DNA of 64,000 nt from an uncultured Candidatus Saccharibacteria bacterium (GCA_964391935.1 CAYMOA010000002.1:995-64994); one strand, 5' to 3'; positions 38,094 through 47,347 are shown, counted from the stretch's first letter. A program made the numbers and translations. Notes: generated by a model not told the origin, from the sequence alone.

Positions 38094-38135
38094 AAATAAT
38101 CAGTTAATTTATGGGAGAACTCAGGATGTTTTGAA

Positions 38136-38948
38136 ATGATATACTTCAAACACAATCAAATGCTACACCATATGAAAGAGAAAATAAGTGAAATGACTAT
38201 TGGGTATCTGGATACCCTTGTAAAAAATAGAGATGAATGGATAAATTTTTCTGAATTTGAAGATGAATATATTGACTTGTTTAATGTATTAGAAAAAATT
38301 GGCATAAAACTAGAATTAAAAATGGTTGAAAATCCATACGAAGTTTTAATTGGAGTAAAAAAAGAAATGGAAAGAAATGTTTCTCCTTACAAAAATCGCA
38401 ACCAGATATTAGATACTAAAGTTGAAAAGGACGATTTAGAAGAAAGAGAGTTTAAAGCGGTTTCAAAAAAATTTAATCAAAAAGGTATTACAATGAATTT
38501 AATAAACAACTTAGTTTCCAAGTCACCAATCAATATAAATATTTTTGAAGTTAAAAAACTTACAGATTTACAGAAACGAAAAACAATAAGCTATTTGAGG
38601 GTAAACAAACTTACAAAAAATCAGACACCAAAACCAAGCTTGAATGGTGAGATAACTTTAACCGTAGATATAAAAAATATGTTAGTACAAAGAAATGATA
38701 ATGGAGCTGAATACAAATTTGTTAGCAAATCTGGAAAGTCTAAAAGGTTTGATTACTTCTGTAAAATTTTAAAAGATAAAAAAGTCCCAGCAGATAAATT
38801 TAAAAAATCCTTTCAACTTATAAGTGGTGAGATTAAAAAAATCAACGAAGCAATCTGTGAAAAACTGCATCTGACTGAATATATTATTCTAAATAAAATG
38901 AATTCTGGTTACGAAATAAATCCTGTATATAAAATCACTACGATATAG
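38136..38948 (+). CDS. Hypothetical protein (possible third gene of the CBASS-like unit; start uncertain)
   Basis: 270 aa ORF. Palindrome copy 3 lies inside its 5' end, so the true start may be M at ~38319. Confidence 0.4.
   Translation: MIYFKHNQMLHHMKEKISEMTIGYLDTLVKNRDEWINFSEFEDEYIDLFNVLEKIGIKLELKMVENPYEVLIGVKKEMERNVSPYKNRNQILDTKVEKDDLEEREFKAVSKKFNQKGITMNLINNLVSKSPININIFEVKKLTDLQKRKTISYLRVNKLTKNQTPKPSLNGEITLTVDIKNMLVQRNDNGAEYKFVSKSGKSKRFDYFCKILKDKKVPADKFKKSFQLISGEIKKINEAICEKLHLTEYIILNKMNSGYEINPVYKITTI
38203..38216. promoter_or_regulatory. Perfect palindrome GGTATCTGGATACC (copy 3)
   Basis: Identical 14-mer within the annotated 5' end of ORF 38136. Confidence 0.45.
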
Positions 38949-38981
38949 TTGTAAAGCTAAAATATATTTATTTTTATAAAA

Positions 38982-39012
38982 ATACCCTTATCTTATAAGG
39001 GTATTTTATTTA
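38982..39012 (+). terminator. Rho-independent terminator (tacccttat…ataagggta + T-run)
   Basis: AAAAATACCCTTATCTTATAAGGGTATTTTATTT. Same hairpin family as the hairpins inside the E elements. Confidence 0.55.
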
Positions 39013-39596
39013 TAACTTAACTATAGCTTAACTTAAAATCTGATTGCATTTTCGGTATACCACCGTATGTGAAATTATCAACTAAAGCAATCCAAGACCT
39101 CAAAGAAACCCTCAAAAAAGAATACGGGTCTTTTTTTGGATTGTCAGATATTGAGTTAGAAGAAATTGGACTTTTCCTTTTAACTGCAGTTGCAGAGGAT
39201 TTGAAATTAAGAGCACAAAAAACTTGTTAATTCCGAGTTGTTTATTTATGTAAACAGTTCGGAGTTAAGAAATTAACTCCATAACATTGTTATGGAAACC
39301 ATCTAAAGCAGGGAACTAGATGTAAAACTACCTCTGAAAGTTATTGTTAAGGTGCTAATGGGAAAGGCAAGAAAATGAGTTCTCACCCCTCTCACTTGCC
39401 CACTTGTTTAGCATCGTAGCAATCTCACTGTGAAGGTTGATGAGTCACGGAAGTAAGCACTCCGAACAATGACTACTATGTAGCTCTAACAGAAACCATA
39501 ACTCCATACAAGCCATTTTTGGCTAGCACTTTTATTGCTTAGAACAAAAGCAAAAGGGGTGAAGTGCAATTATTAACAAAATAATAAAAACAAATT

Positions 39597-39830
39597 ATGA
39601 AAAGTTTAAGAGTGAACTATACAAGAAAATCACAAAAAGCAGAAGACAGAAGTGCATATCTATCTTTTGCAGATGCTGTAAAAAACAAAAGATTTTCCAG
39701 AAAAACTATTTTGAAGAACTTTGGAAAACTTATTCCAACTTATGAATATGACTCTGAGGATAAAAGACTGCTAATTGACCATCTCTATGAATTGTCAAAC
39801 CCCACTGTGGAGAGCCAAATTGAAGACTAA
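39597..39830 (+). pseudogene. Serine recombinase N-terminal fragment (remnant)
   Basis: RVNYTRKSQKAEDRSAYLSF parallels the catalytic-Ser region DDYYRKSSRAEDKQALSLDGQ of the full-length recombinase at 40030. Only 77 aa. Confidence 0.5.
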
Positions 39831-39918
39831 AATGCTCAATTAGGAATTTAAAAGTTACAAGTTGATTCAGATATCATCTTAGTAAGTTACAACATTAAAA
39901 ACCGTGTTAAACTAACAC

Positions 39919-40026
39919 TGCTACACCATAGAAAATTACAAGAATAACAATTATTTTTGTAAGTAAAAACGAGACAATGACCTCTATGGTGTAGCAACTA
40001 AAAAGCGTCGTTGTCTCATTTTTACT
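39919..40026. repeat. Nested inverted repeats immediately upstream of the serine recombinase gene (candidate att/recombination site)
   Basis: Outer 21-bp IR aagtaaaaacgagacaatgac / gtcgttgtctcatttttactt (2 mismatches). Inner IR tgctacaccatagaaa / tctatggtgtagca. Confidence 0.45.
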
Positions 40027-40029
40027 TAT

Positions 40030-41727
40030 ATGGATAAAATAAAAAGCAAATTTAACACATTATTGATTGATGACTATTACCGAAAGTCATCTAGAGCAGA
40101 AGATAAGCAAGCTTTGTCACTTGATGGACAAGAGGAGGAAGCCAAAAAAGCTAGAGAAATGTATGGGATTCCTAAAGCCCTTAATACATACAAAGAATCC
40201 CGTTCAGCTAAATACGCAGGAAAAAGAGTTCTTTATTCTGAAATGAAAATGAGAATTGTTAAGGGAGAAATAAATTGTATTTTTGCTTGGCACTTAAATC
40301 GTATTGCAAGAAATATGACAGAGGCAGGTGAGCTAATTGATTGGGTAAGTGATGGCAAGCTTATTGTAATAACTTTTTATGACAATCAAATAGAGGTTTA
40401 CGATGAAGATTCTGACACTTCTGTAATGGCACAAAAATTTGGTGCAAATAAACAATACTCTCACACCTTAAGTAAAGATGTTAAAAGAGGTCAAAGAACT
40501 AAAGCAAAACTTAAAGGATTACCCCAAGGTTTAGCAACTATTGGTTATAAAAATTCAAAGCAAGGCGAAAAGGGAGAGCGTTGGTGGTATGTAGATGAAG
40601 AAAGACTTTGGAAGATTAAAAAACTTTTTGAACTTTTTTTAACAGGTAGATATTCAATTGGTAAACTCCATAAATACGCAACAGAAGAACTGAAACTTAC
40701 TACCCCGTCACATAAAACTTTAGGAGGGAAACTGGTTACCAGAGAGTATCTAGGAAAGATTTTACATAATCCAATCTTTGCTGGCTTCTTTTTTGTTCAA
40801 GGTGAAAGATACACCCTTGATAAAAATCTTCCCAGAATAATTACAGTAAGCGAACACAATAAAATCAAACTCATTCTCACAAGTCGTTGTAACCCTAAAG
40901 TCCAAAAACACGAAGCAGTATTTTCGGGATTTATCAAATCTGATACAGGAGATTTTATTGGACAGGATATAAAACGCCAACTTTGGTGTGATTGCCGACA
41001 TAAATTTGCCTATCGTGACAAAAAGAACTGCCCTAAATGTAACAGAAAGATTGATGAGCTAGATAATCCTGAATATTTTATTCAAAATTATTATTACAAT
41101 AATCGCAAAAAGAAAGCAGGACTTGAATATAAATCAATAACAGAGGAAAGGATTACCAATGAGATAATTGAATATGTAGAAGAGAATTTAAAACTTCCCT
41201 TTTCTTTATTGGAATGGACTAAAAAACATATATACGAACTCAAAGACCAAGAAGTTTCTGATAGCCTCAACATAGAAAAAGATAAGGGACTCAGAAAGAC
41301 TGATTATGAAAATAAAAAGAAAAATGCCACAAAGCTATTTATTGAAGGAAAAATAAATGAGGAAGAGAGAAAGCAATTTTTACTTGATGTTGAAAATGAA
41401 TACACTGACTTAAATGAAAACAATACTCCTAAAATAAACTGGGTTGAAAAATTAGAAGAAATTATTGATGTAACAGTTTCAATAAAAAATGTACTGACAA
41501 ATGGTGACTTTGAAGCCAAAAGAGTTCTTTTAACTAGATTAGGTTCGCACTGGACTTGGGACGACAAAAACCTCTTAATTTACAACGCTAAATCAGTAAA
41601 CACTTTCTCAGATGGAATAAAAACCGTAAAACCAATTTTATCAAAGTTCGGCAACAGAAAAGCCCTTGTAGAACAAGAGCTTTCTGACGAAAACAGTGAA
41701 CTTTGTATCACCCTGCGGGCCATGTGA
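40030..41727 (+). CDS. Large serine recombinase (resolvase/invertase N-domain + recombinase domain + zinc ribbon)
   Basis: Catalytic-Ser region YYRKSSRAEDKQ, motif WHLNRIARN (R-x-x-R), C-terminal CDCRH…CPKCNRK zinc ribbon. 565 aa. Confidence 0.8.
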   Translation: MDKIKSKFNTLLIDDYYRKSSRAEDKQALSLDGQEEEAKKAREMYGIPKALNTYKESRSAKYAGKRVLYSEMKMRIVKGEINCIFAWHLNRIARNMTEAGELIDWVSDGKLIVITFYDNQIEVYDEDSDTSVMAQKFGANKQYSHTLSKDVKRGQRTKAKLKGLPQGLATIGYKNSKQGEKGERWWYVDEERLWKIKKLFELFLTGRYSIGKLHKYATEELKLTTPSHKTLGGKLVTREYLGKILHNPIFAGFFFVQGERYTLDKNLPRIITVSEHNKIKLILTSRCNPKVQKHEAVFSGFIKSDTGDFIGQDIKRQLWCDCRHKFAYRDKKNCPKCNRKIDELDNPEYFIQNYYYNNRKKKAGLEYKSITEERITNEIIEYVEENLKLPFSLLEWTKKHIYELKDQEVSDSLNIEKDKGLRKTDYENKKKNATKLFIEGKINEEERKQFLLDVENEYTDLNENNTPKINWVEKLEEIIDVTVSIKNVLTNGDFEAKRVLLTRLGSHWTWDDKNLLIYNAKSVNTFSDGIKTVKPILSKFGNRKALVEQELSDENSELCITLRAM

Positions 41728-41977
41728 GTTAAGTACCCCAGCTTCCTTACCCCACAAGGCTTTTCTGGGAATAATTTTAGCTTGAAAATTAGACAGGTGA
41801 GTCACTATGAAATGCCAACAAATGCCAAAAAACTAGGAGTACTATTGACGTGCTTAGATCAGTATTTCCTTAATTTAATCCTTATAAAATAAAGGTTTTA
41901 TAGGAAACAAGAATTTAATACCTTAGAAGCGTTTTGGCATTTAAATTACTATTGACATTGTTAATTTATTATTGTAT

Positions 41978-42643
41978 TTAGTAGAAGGAGTTGTCTTCTT
42001 TGGAAACATAGAAATCAATTCTAGCCTTACCACTATCACCAAACTTATCATCAAAAGAAACTATTGGCGGTTTACCTCGGGCTGAAAATTCTAGAGTCTT
42101 AAACAAATAGCCTAAAAACGATCCGGTATATCTGTATCTGTATATACAACCAGTAATTTGGTCAGACACTTCATCTGGGTATCCCTTCCATTTATGGATT
42201 TGAGGATATTTATCAATCCAATCATTTACTATATAGCTTACCCAAGAAACTAGTTCGTCTTTAGCTTTTAGATTTCCTTTTTGCGAAAGCCTAACAAGGG
42301 ATATAGTTATATTATTACAAATTTTTTGTTCTCTCTTGTTACTTTGAGTCAAAAATAGATAGAGTTTATCTCTGTACTTTTCAAGTACTTTTTCCACTTG
42401 TTCTTTATTGGAGTAAAAGTTAATTTTCTTTCTCTTGTACCTTATCCATCTTCTTTGGAAACTTTTGTCCAATTTTATAGTTACTTTATCCCAGTCTACA
42501 TCTCCATTTTCCGTACGAAATTTTTTGCTAAAAAAGTTGTAAAGTGGCTGGGATTGTTTAAAGATCCAAGAACTAGAAAAAACGCTTGGATTTTCTTTAG
42601 CTAGGATTGTATTTAGTTTGTATATAGCTTTTTTAGAATTCAA
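41978..42643 (-). CDS. Hypothetical protein
   Basis: 221 aa ORF, no recognised motif. Confidence 0.45.
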   Translation of the reverse strand: MNSKKAIYKLNTILAKENPSVFSSSWIFKQSQPLYNFFSKKFRTENGDVDWDKVTIKLDKSFQRRWIRYKRKKINFYSNKEQVEKVLEKYRDKLYLFLTQSNKREQKICNNITISLVRLSQKGNLKAKDELVSWVSYIVNDWIDKYPQIHKWKGYPDEVSDQITGCIYRYRYTGSFLGYLFKTLEFSARGKPPIVSFDDKFGDSGKARIDFYVSKEDNSFY

Positions 42644-42644
42644 T

Positions 42645-43262
42645 CTATATATATTTTAACAAATTATTGTCGTTAATTTTCCTAAACATTGCCTCCTCAC
42701 TTACTCTGTACCTTATCGCTAGTTCCTTCACATTTTTTATCGTCTTCAGATCTGTTTTAAGTATATCGGTTGGCATCAAAAGATCTGCGGCAAAAATATT
42801 TGCATCTATTTCTATGTCTGATTTACCGCTACCAAGTATATGTGTAGTATTAAAAATCAAATGTCCTAGTTCATGGGCAATACTGAATCTTTGGTGACAG
42901 TATGGTTTCGCAGGGTTATAGCCCAACGTGTAAATTTCCTCGTTTAAAAGTTTTGTTTTTACTATTTGTGCAGAAATTCTACTCGTAAAGTCTGGATTTG
43001 GTAAAATATCTAGAATGTACAAATCTGCATCATTTAAAAACTCTTGAATCTTTAACAGGTCAACTGGGATGACACCTATCTTCGATAGCTTCAATAATCT
43101 TTTAGCCAAATTTTTTGCACCTTTTTTATGGATGTTTGAAACTTTAAATTCCACTTCGTCTGCAAACCTAGTCTTCTTTGGTTGAAAGTGATCGAAACTG
43201 TCTTCTATCACTTCTTCACTATTTTCTTTTTCTCTTTGCATGATTTTCTTTTGCCATTTCAA
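42645..43262 (-). CDS. ImmA/IrrE-family zinc metallopeptidase
   Basis: HELGHLIFN (HExxH), directly downstream of and overlapping an XRE HTH gene. Confidence 0.7.
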   Translation of the reverse strand: MKWQKKIMQREKENSEEVIEDSFDHFQPKKTRFADEVEFKVSNIHKKGAKNLAKRLLKLSKIGVIPVDLLKIQEFLNDADLYILDILPNPDFTSRISAQIVKTKLLNEEIYTLGYNPAKPYCHQRFSIAHELGHLIFNTTHILGSGKSDIEIDANIFAADLLMPTDILKTDLKTIKNVKELAIRYRVSEEAMFRKINDNNLLKYI

Positions 43263-43566
43263 TGAATCTCATAATAGCTTCTTTATCCTCTGTACCTAGG
43301 TTAGCATCGGCTCTTAGTGCATACTCCACTTGTATAGATTCATATTTCTCTCCTAAAAAATATTTGATGTCCTTTTTTAAAAACTTAGCGATCTTTTCCA
43401 AGTTTTCCACAGTTATCTTCCTCTCTCCCTTCTCTATTAAAGATATAGCAGAAGCTGACTCAAATTCTAGTTCCTTAGCTAAAAGAGTCTGAGACATGCC
43501 TGCGTCCTCTCGAGCCGTCTTTATCCTATCTCCTATGTACTGTGCTTTGGTTATATCATTTTGCAT
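43219..43566 (-). CDS. XRE-family helix-turn-helix transcriptional regulator
   Basis: MSQTLLAKELEFESASAISLIEKGERKITVENLEKIAKFL is an HTH_3 domain. Confidence 0.75.
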   Translation of the reverse strand: MQNDITKAQYIGDRIKTAREDAGMSQTLLAKELEFESASAISLIEKGERKITVENLEKIAKFLKKDIKYFLGEKYESIQVEYALRADANLGTEDKEAIMRFIEMAKENHAKRKRK

Positions 43567-43589
43567 AGAAGCATATTAGCATTTCCAAA

Positions 43590-43665
43590 TTGGAAAGTAA
43601 AGCTGTGAGTATTGCATATAATTTGACTCTGTGTTAAGCTTAATTTAACAATGTGTGCATATAGC
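43590..43665. promoter_or_regulatory. Divergent promoter/operator region with palindromes TTTCCAAATTGGAAA and TGTGCATATAGCACA
   Basis: Two perfect or near-perfect palindromes between the divergent XRE gene and ORF 43757. Confidence 0.4.
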
Positions 43666-43756
43666 ACATATCTGCCAGGAGAGTAACCTCTTCGCTATTA
43701 GTAAAACACAAAATTAAAAATAATTCCAGTCCTGAAAAGGGGCTGGGCAAAATAGT

Positions 43757-44689
43757 ATGCAAATCAACAAAAAACGGATCTATAGTCTAAATAATAATTT
43801 ACCCAACAGTCTGCGAGATAAAGTCTTCGTACCTGCAATCATTCTGGATGCAACGGCCGACAAAAAGAAAATCTTTAACCTCGGTTTTACTGAAAAAATG
43901 GAAATCGGGGAAACATTGCTACCCTCATCGGTAGGTGCGGTTAGTCGCTTTAATACAGAAGGAAGAGATATCCCAGACAAGACAAAACCAAAAGTAACAA
44001 AGTATTATGAAGTTGAATGGACTCGCAAAGAATGGGCTGGCAGAGGTCAGACGAGAGACGTGACAAGTATAATCACAAGATCTAGACAGGTTTGGCAAAG
44101 AAATTTTATACCCCCTCCATCGATATCACTCTCAATAACAAAGAAGGAAGATGGGAAAGTTTACATAAGTACCCCCAAGACAAAATTTACAAGCGACGAA
44201 GAAGACGCACTACACAAAATTAATTTGATACTTGAAATATTTGATACTTGCTACGTTTTAAATGAAGAAAGTGTGCCAATTCTTAAAAACTCTATTTTAT
44301 TAAATTGGAAAGTCTTACCACCTGGAAAGAGACCTTGGAAAGAACAGAAGAAAGAACTGGAACAGTTTTTCAATGCTCAAAAAAGCAAAAACGTTAAGCC
44401 GGTTCTTGAATCTAGACTCGAGGAAATCAACGAACTACAGCCGGAGTTTACTGCAATTGGAAATCAAGGGTACCGAGGTTATGTTGTATTTGGATTTCCA
44501 AAGAAAAAAATCTACATCCTTGAATCAGCCTTTTACGGAAATGCAATCTATGTTTTTAAAGATGACTGGGAAGGTTTGTCCAAAAAAACCAAGGCAGAAA
44601 TTCTAAATGCTAAGTTGCAACTCATCCGGATTACTCACACGGGTGAGAAAATAAACTGGTTAGAAAAAATTAGAGGACTGTTAAAATAA
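43757..44689 (+). CDS. Hypothetical protein
   Basis: 310 aa ORF, first gene of a rightward block. Confidence 0.45.
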   Translation: MQINKKRIYSLNNNLPNSLRDKVFVPAIILDATADKKKIFNLGFTEKMEIGETLLPSSVGAVSRFNTEGRDIPDKTKPKVTKYYEVEWTRKEWAGRGQTRDVTSIITRSRQVWQRNFIPPPSISLSITKKEDGKVYISTPKTKFTSDEEDALHKINLILEIFDTCYVLNEESVPILKNSILLNWKVLPPGKRPWKEQKKELEQFFNAQKSKNVKPVLESRLEEINELQPEFTAIGNQGYRGYVVFGFPKKKIYILESAFYGNAIYVFKDDWEGLSKKTKAEILNAKLQLIRITHTGEKINWLEKIRGLLK

Positions 44690-44697
44690 AAAATTAT

Positions 44698-46008
44698 ATG
44701 AATCAAGAAACAATAGTAGACAAGTTAGTCTGGGTTCCTGCAAAGAGGAAAATATCAATTTTAAAACCATCCGAATACAATCCTCGCAAGATGACAGAAA
44801 ACGAAAAGAGAGATATTGAAAACTCTATTGATGGTTTTGGCCGTGTTGTACCACTTGTAGTGAATATAGGTTCTCGGGAAAATATCTTAATCGGAGGCCA
44901 CCAAAGATGGAAAATATACAAGGAAAAGAAGATTGAAGAAGTGGATGTAGTCATACCAAATCGAGAACTCACACTTGATGAGGAAAAAGAACTGAATCTT
45001 AGGTTAAATAAAAACCTTGGATCTTGGGATCAAGACTTACTCAAAGAAATGGATTTAGACCTCCTTTTAGGGGTTGGTTTCGGCGATGAAGAGTTGCAGT
45101 CTTTATTCGACAATGTGGAAGTGACAGAAGATGATTTTGATTTGGAAAAAGCAATTAAAGAGATTACCGAGCCTAGAGTTAAGACAGGAGAAATCTGGGA
45201 ACTTGGAAATCACCGACTGCTCGTAGGTGATTCTACTAACGAGGTACAGGTTAAACAATTAATGCAAACTGAGCTGGCGGATATTGTGTATTGTGACCCT
45301 CCTTACAATATCGGACTAGACTATTCCAAAGGCATTGGGAACTCTGAGAAATATGGGGGCAACTATTCAGGAAAAGATGATTCTAAGGGAGATAAAGAAT
45401 ACGGTACGTTCTTAGAGGAAAGTATTTCTGTTTCTAAATTGATTTCCAAACCAAATACGCACTTCTTTTATTGGTGTGATTCTAAGTACATTTGGCTAGT
45501 GCAAACCCTATACCAAAAATTTAGCATAACAAACAAAAGAGTTTGTCTATGGATAAAAAATAACCAGAACCCAACTCACAAAATTGCGTTTAATAAAGTT
45601 TACGAGCCATGCGTGTATGGGATCATTGGGAAACCATACCTGAATGCTGGTTTTAATAATGCAAATGAAGTGCTGAACCAAGAAGTTGGGAGCGGTAACC
45701 AAGTGCATGAAGAAATTTACGACATGATTGATTTATGGATTGCTAAAAGAGACCAGACCACGGAGTATCTGCACCCAACTCAAAAACCAGTAACTCTTAA
45801 TGAAAAGCCATTAAAAAGATGTTCTGCTCCTGGACATATTGTCTACTCTGGTTTTGCTGGAAGCGGAAGCGACTTAATCGCCTGCGAAACTCTAAACCGA
45901 AAGTGGAGAGGTGTGGAGCAAGATCTAATCTTTGCAACCATTGTGATCGATAGATGGGAAAAGTTTACTAATCAAAAAGCCAAACTACTTTATGGAAACA
46001 ATAAATAA
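44698..46008 (+). CDS. ParB-like nuclease domain fused to DNA methyltransferase (beta-class N6A/N4C)
   Basis: N-terminal KISILKPSEYNPRKMTE…GGHQRW (ParB/Srx fold). Motif IV CDPPYNIG and C-terminal motif I SGFAGSGS. Confidence 0.75.
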   Translation: MNQETIVDKLVWVPAKRKISILKPSEYNPRKMTENEKRDIENSIDGFGRVVPLVVNIGSRENILIGGHQRWKIYKEKKIEEVDVVIPNRELTLDEEKELNLRLNKNLGSWDQDLLKEMDLDLLLGVGFGDEELQSLFDNVEVTEDDFDLEKAIKEITEPRVKTGEIWELGNHRLLVGDSTNEVQVKQLMQTELADIVYCDPPYNIGLDYSKGIGNSEKYGGNYSGKDDSKGDKEYGTFLEESISVSKLISKPNTHFFYWCDSKYIWLVQTLYQKFSITNKRVCLWIKNNQNPTHKIAFNKVYEPCVYGIIGKPYLNAGFNNANEVLNQEVGSGNQVHEEIYDMIDLWIAKRDQTTEYLHPTQKPVTLNEKPLKRCSAPGHIVYSGFAGSGSDLIACETLNRKWRGVEQDLIFATIVIDRWEKFTNQKAKLLYGNNK

Positions 46009-46741
46009 CGGAGACATTTTTGAAATTGGTGAGCATGTTATCGCCTGTGGTGATTCCTTGGATACAGCGTTTGTGAAAAAAGTAATAGGCAATAAAAAGA
46101 TTCGAGCAATCATTACTGACCCACCTTACGGCGTTGCTTATGTAGAAAATAAAAAGGATCTGGACCTATTAGGAACTGAAAGTAAAGAAATTCTCAACGA
46201 CCATCTTCAAACAGAAGAGGAATATTCATTGTTTATTAAACAATGGCTAGATGCAGTAACACCTTACTTAGATACCTATAACGCAGTATACATTTTCAAC
46301 AGCGACATTATGTTCCCTGCACTTAGAACTGGCCTGAAGCAAGCAGGGCTGTACTATAGCCAGATGATTATCTGGCTAAAAAACCAACCGATTATGGGAA
46401 TGAAAGATTACCTTTCTATGTTTGAACTCGTTGCATATGGGTGGTTTGGAAAACACAAAATGGAAAGGTCTAAAGCTAAAAGTGTAATTTATTACCCCAA
46501 GCCCAGTTCTTCTAAATTGCACCCAACACAAAAACCCGTTGGACTTATCCGCAAGATAATTCCAAATTCTACAAAAGTAAATGAATATATTTACGATCCA
46601 TTTCTAGGTAGTGGAACTACTGCCGTAGCTTCCCATCACCTAGGTCGAAGGTGTATTGGGATTGAAATGGAGTCAAAGTATGTAAAGATAATTCTCACTA
46701 GATTAGAAAAATTAACCGGTGAAAAAGCAGTAAAAATATAA
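45992..46741 (+). CDS. DNA methyltransferase (beta-class N6-adenine/N4-cytosine)
   Basis: Motif IV ITDPPYGVAY precedes motif I DPFLGSGTTAVAS (beta-class order). HPTQKP motif. Confidence 0.8.
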   Translation: METINNGDIFEIGEHVIACGDSLDTAFVKKVIGNKKIRAIITDPPYGVAYVENKKDLDLLGTESKEILNDHLQTEEEYSLFIKQWLDAVTPYLDTYNAVYIFNSDIMFPALRTGLKQAGLYYSQMIIWLKNQPIMGMKDYLSMFELVAYGWFGKHKMERSKAKSVIYYPKPSSSKLHPTQKPVGLIRKIIPNSTKVNEYIYDPFLGSGTTAVASHHLGRRCIGIEMESKYVKIILTRLEKLTGEKAVKI

Positions 46742-46745
46742 ATTT

Positions 46746-47138
46746 ATGGGAAATGAGGGTAACAAAGACAATGGAAGAAGACCTAATGTATACAAGACAC
46801 AAGATTTTGAATCCTATGTTCTTTGGAAGTCCCTACCCTCGTTTCTTAGAGGTCAGCCAAGGGTGGTTTTAGAAAAATTTGGCTTATGCGATGACATTCT
46901 AACAGAATTATTACAAATTAAAACACAAACCGAATTTGCTACCAAGCACGGGATCAAAGATCTTGGAACATTGACCGACTGGAACAAGAAGATTGAAAAA
47001 GATGGATTACTTCAACCGCTGAATTCTTGGGCAAGAAAATTAACACCCAATGTAATCTTCGCCTTATACAAAAATATTACTAAAAATGGTCGAGCCCAAG
47101 AAGTAAAAGCTTGGTACGAAATTATAGAAAATAACTAA
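46746..47138 (+). CDS. Hypothetical protein
   Basis: 130 aa ORF. Confidence 0.45.
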   Translation: MGNEGNKDNGRRPNVYKTQDFESYVLWKSLPSFLRGQPRVVLEKFGLCDDILTELLQIKTQTEFATKHGIKDLGTLTDWNKKIEKDGLLQPLNSWARKLTPNVIFALYKNITKNGRAQEVKAWYEIIENN

Positions 47139-47139
47139 T

Positions 47140-47346
47140 ATGCAAAATTTAAATAATCAAATGAGTTTAGAGGAAATCAACCAAATACTTTCAGATACAC
47201 TAAGAAACGTAGTGGAAAGAAAGATTTCACTCAAACACGCAGGTACAATTTCTAAACTTGCAACTGGAATTACTAAAATAATCACCACTACAGAGCTTAA
47301 AGATCGTATAGAACTACTAGAGCAAATCTTAAAAAAGAAGAAATAA
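47140..47346 (+). CDS. Hypothetical small protein
   Basis: 68 aa ORF, tightly packed with neighbours. Confidence 0.4.
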   Translation: MQNLNNQMSLEEINQILSDTLRNVVERKISLKHAGTISKLATGITKIITTTELKDRIELLEQILKKKK

Positions 47347-47347
47347 T

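Noticed and set aside
39280-39560. Possible reduced RNase P RNA (ACAGAAACC…, GGAAAGGC…, GTAAGCAC… resemble CR-IV/CR-I/CR-II fragments)
   Set aside because: Matches are short and out of the expected order and spacing, and the P4 pairing partners could not be identified by eye. The region is kept only as an unclassified structured region.
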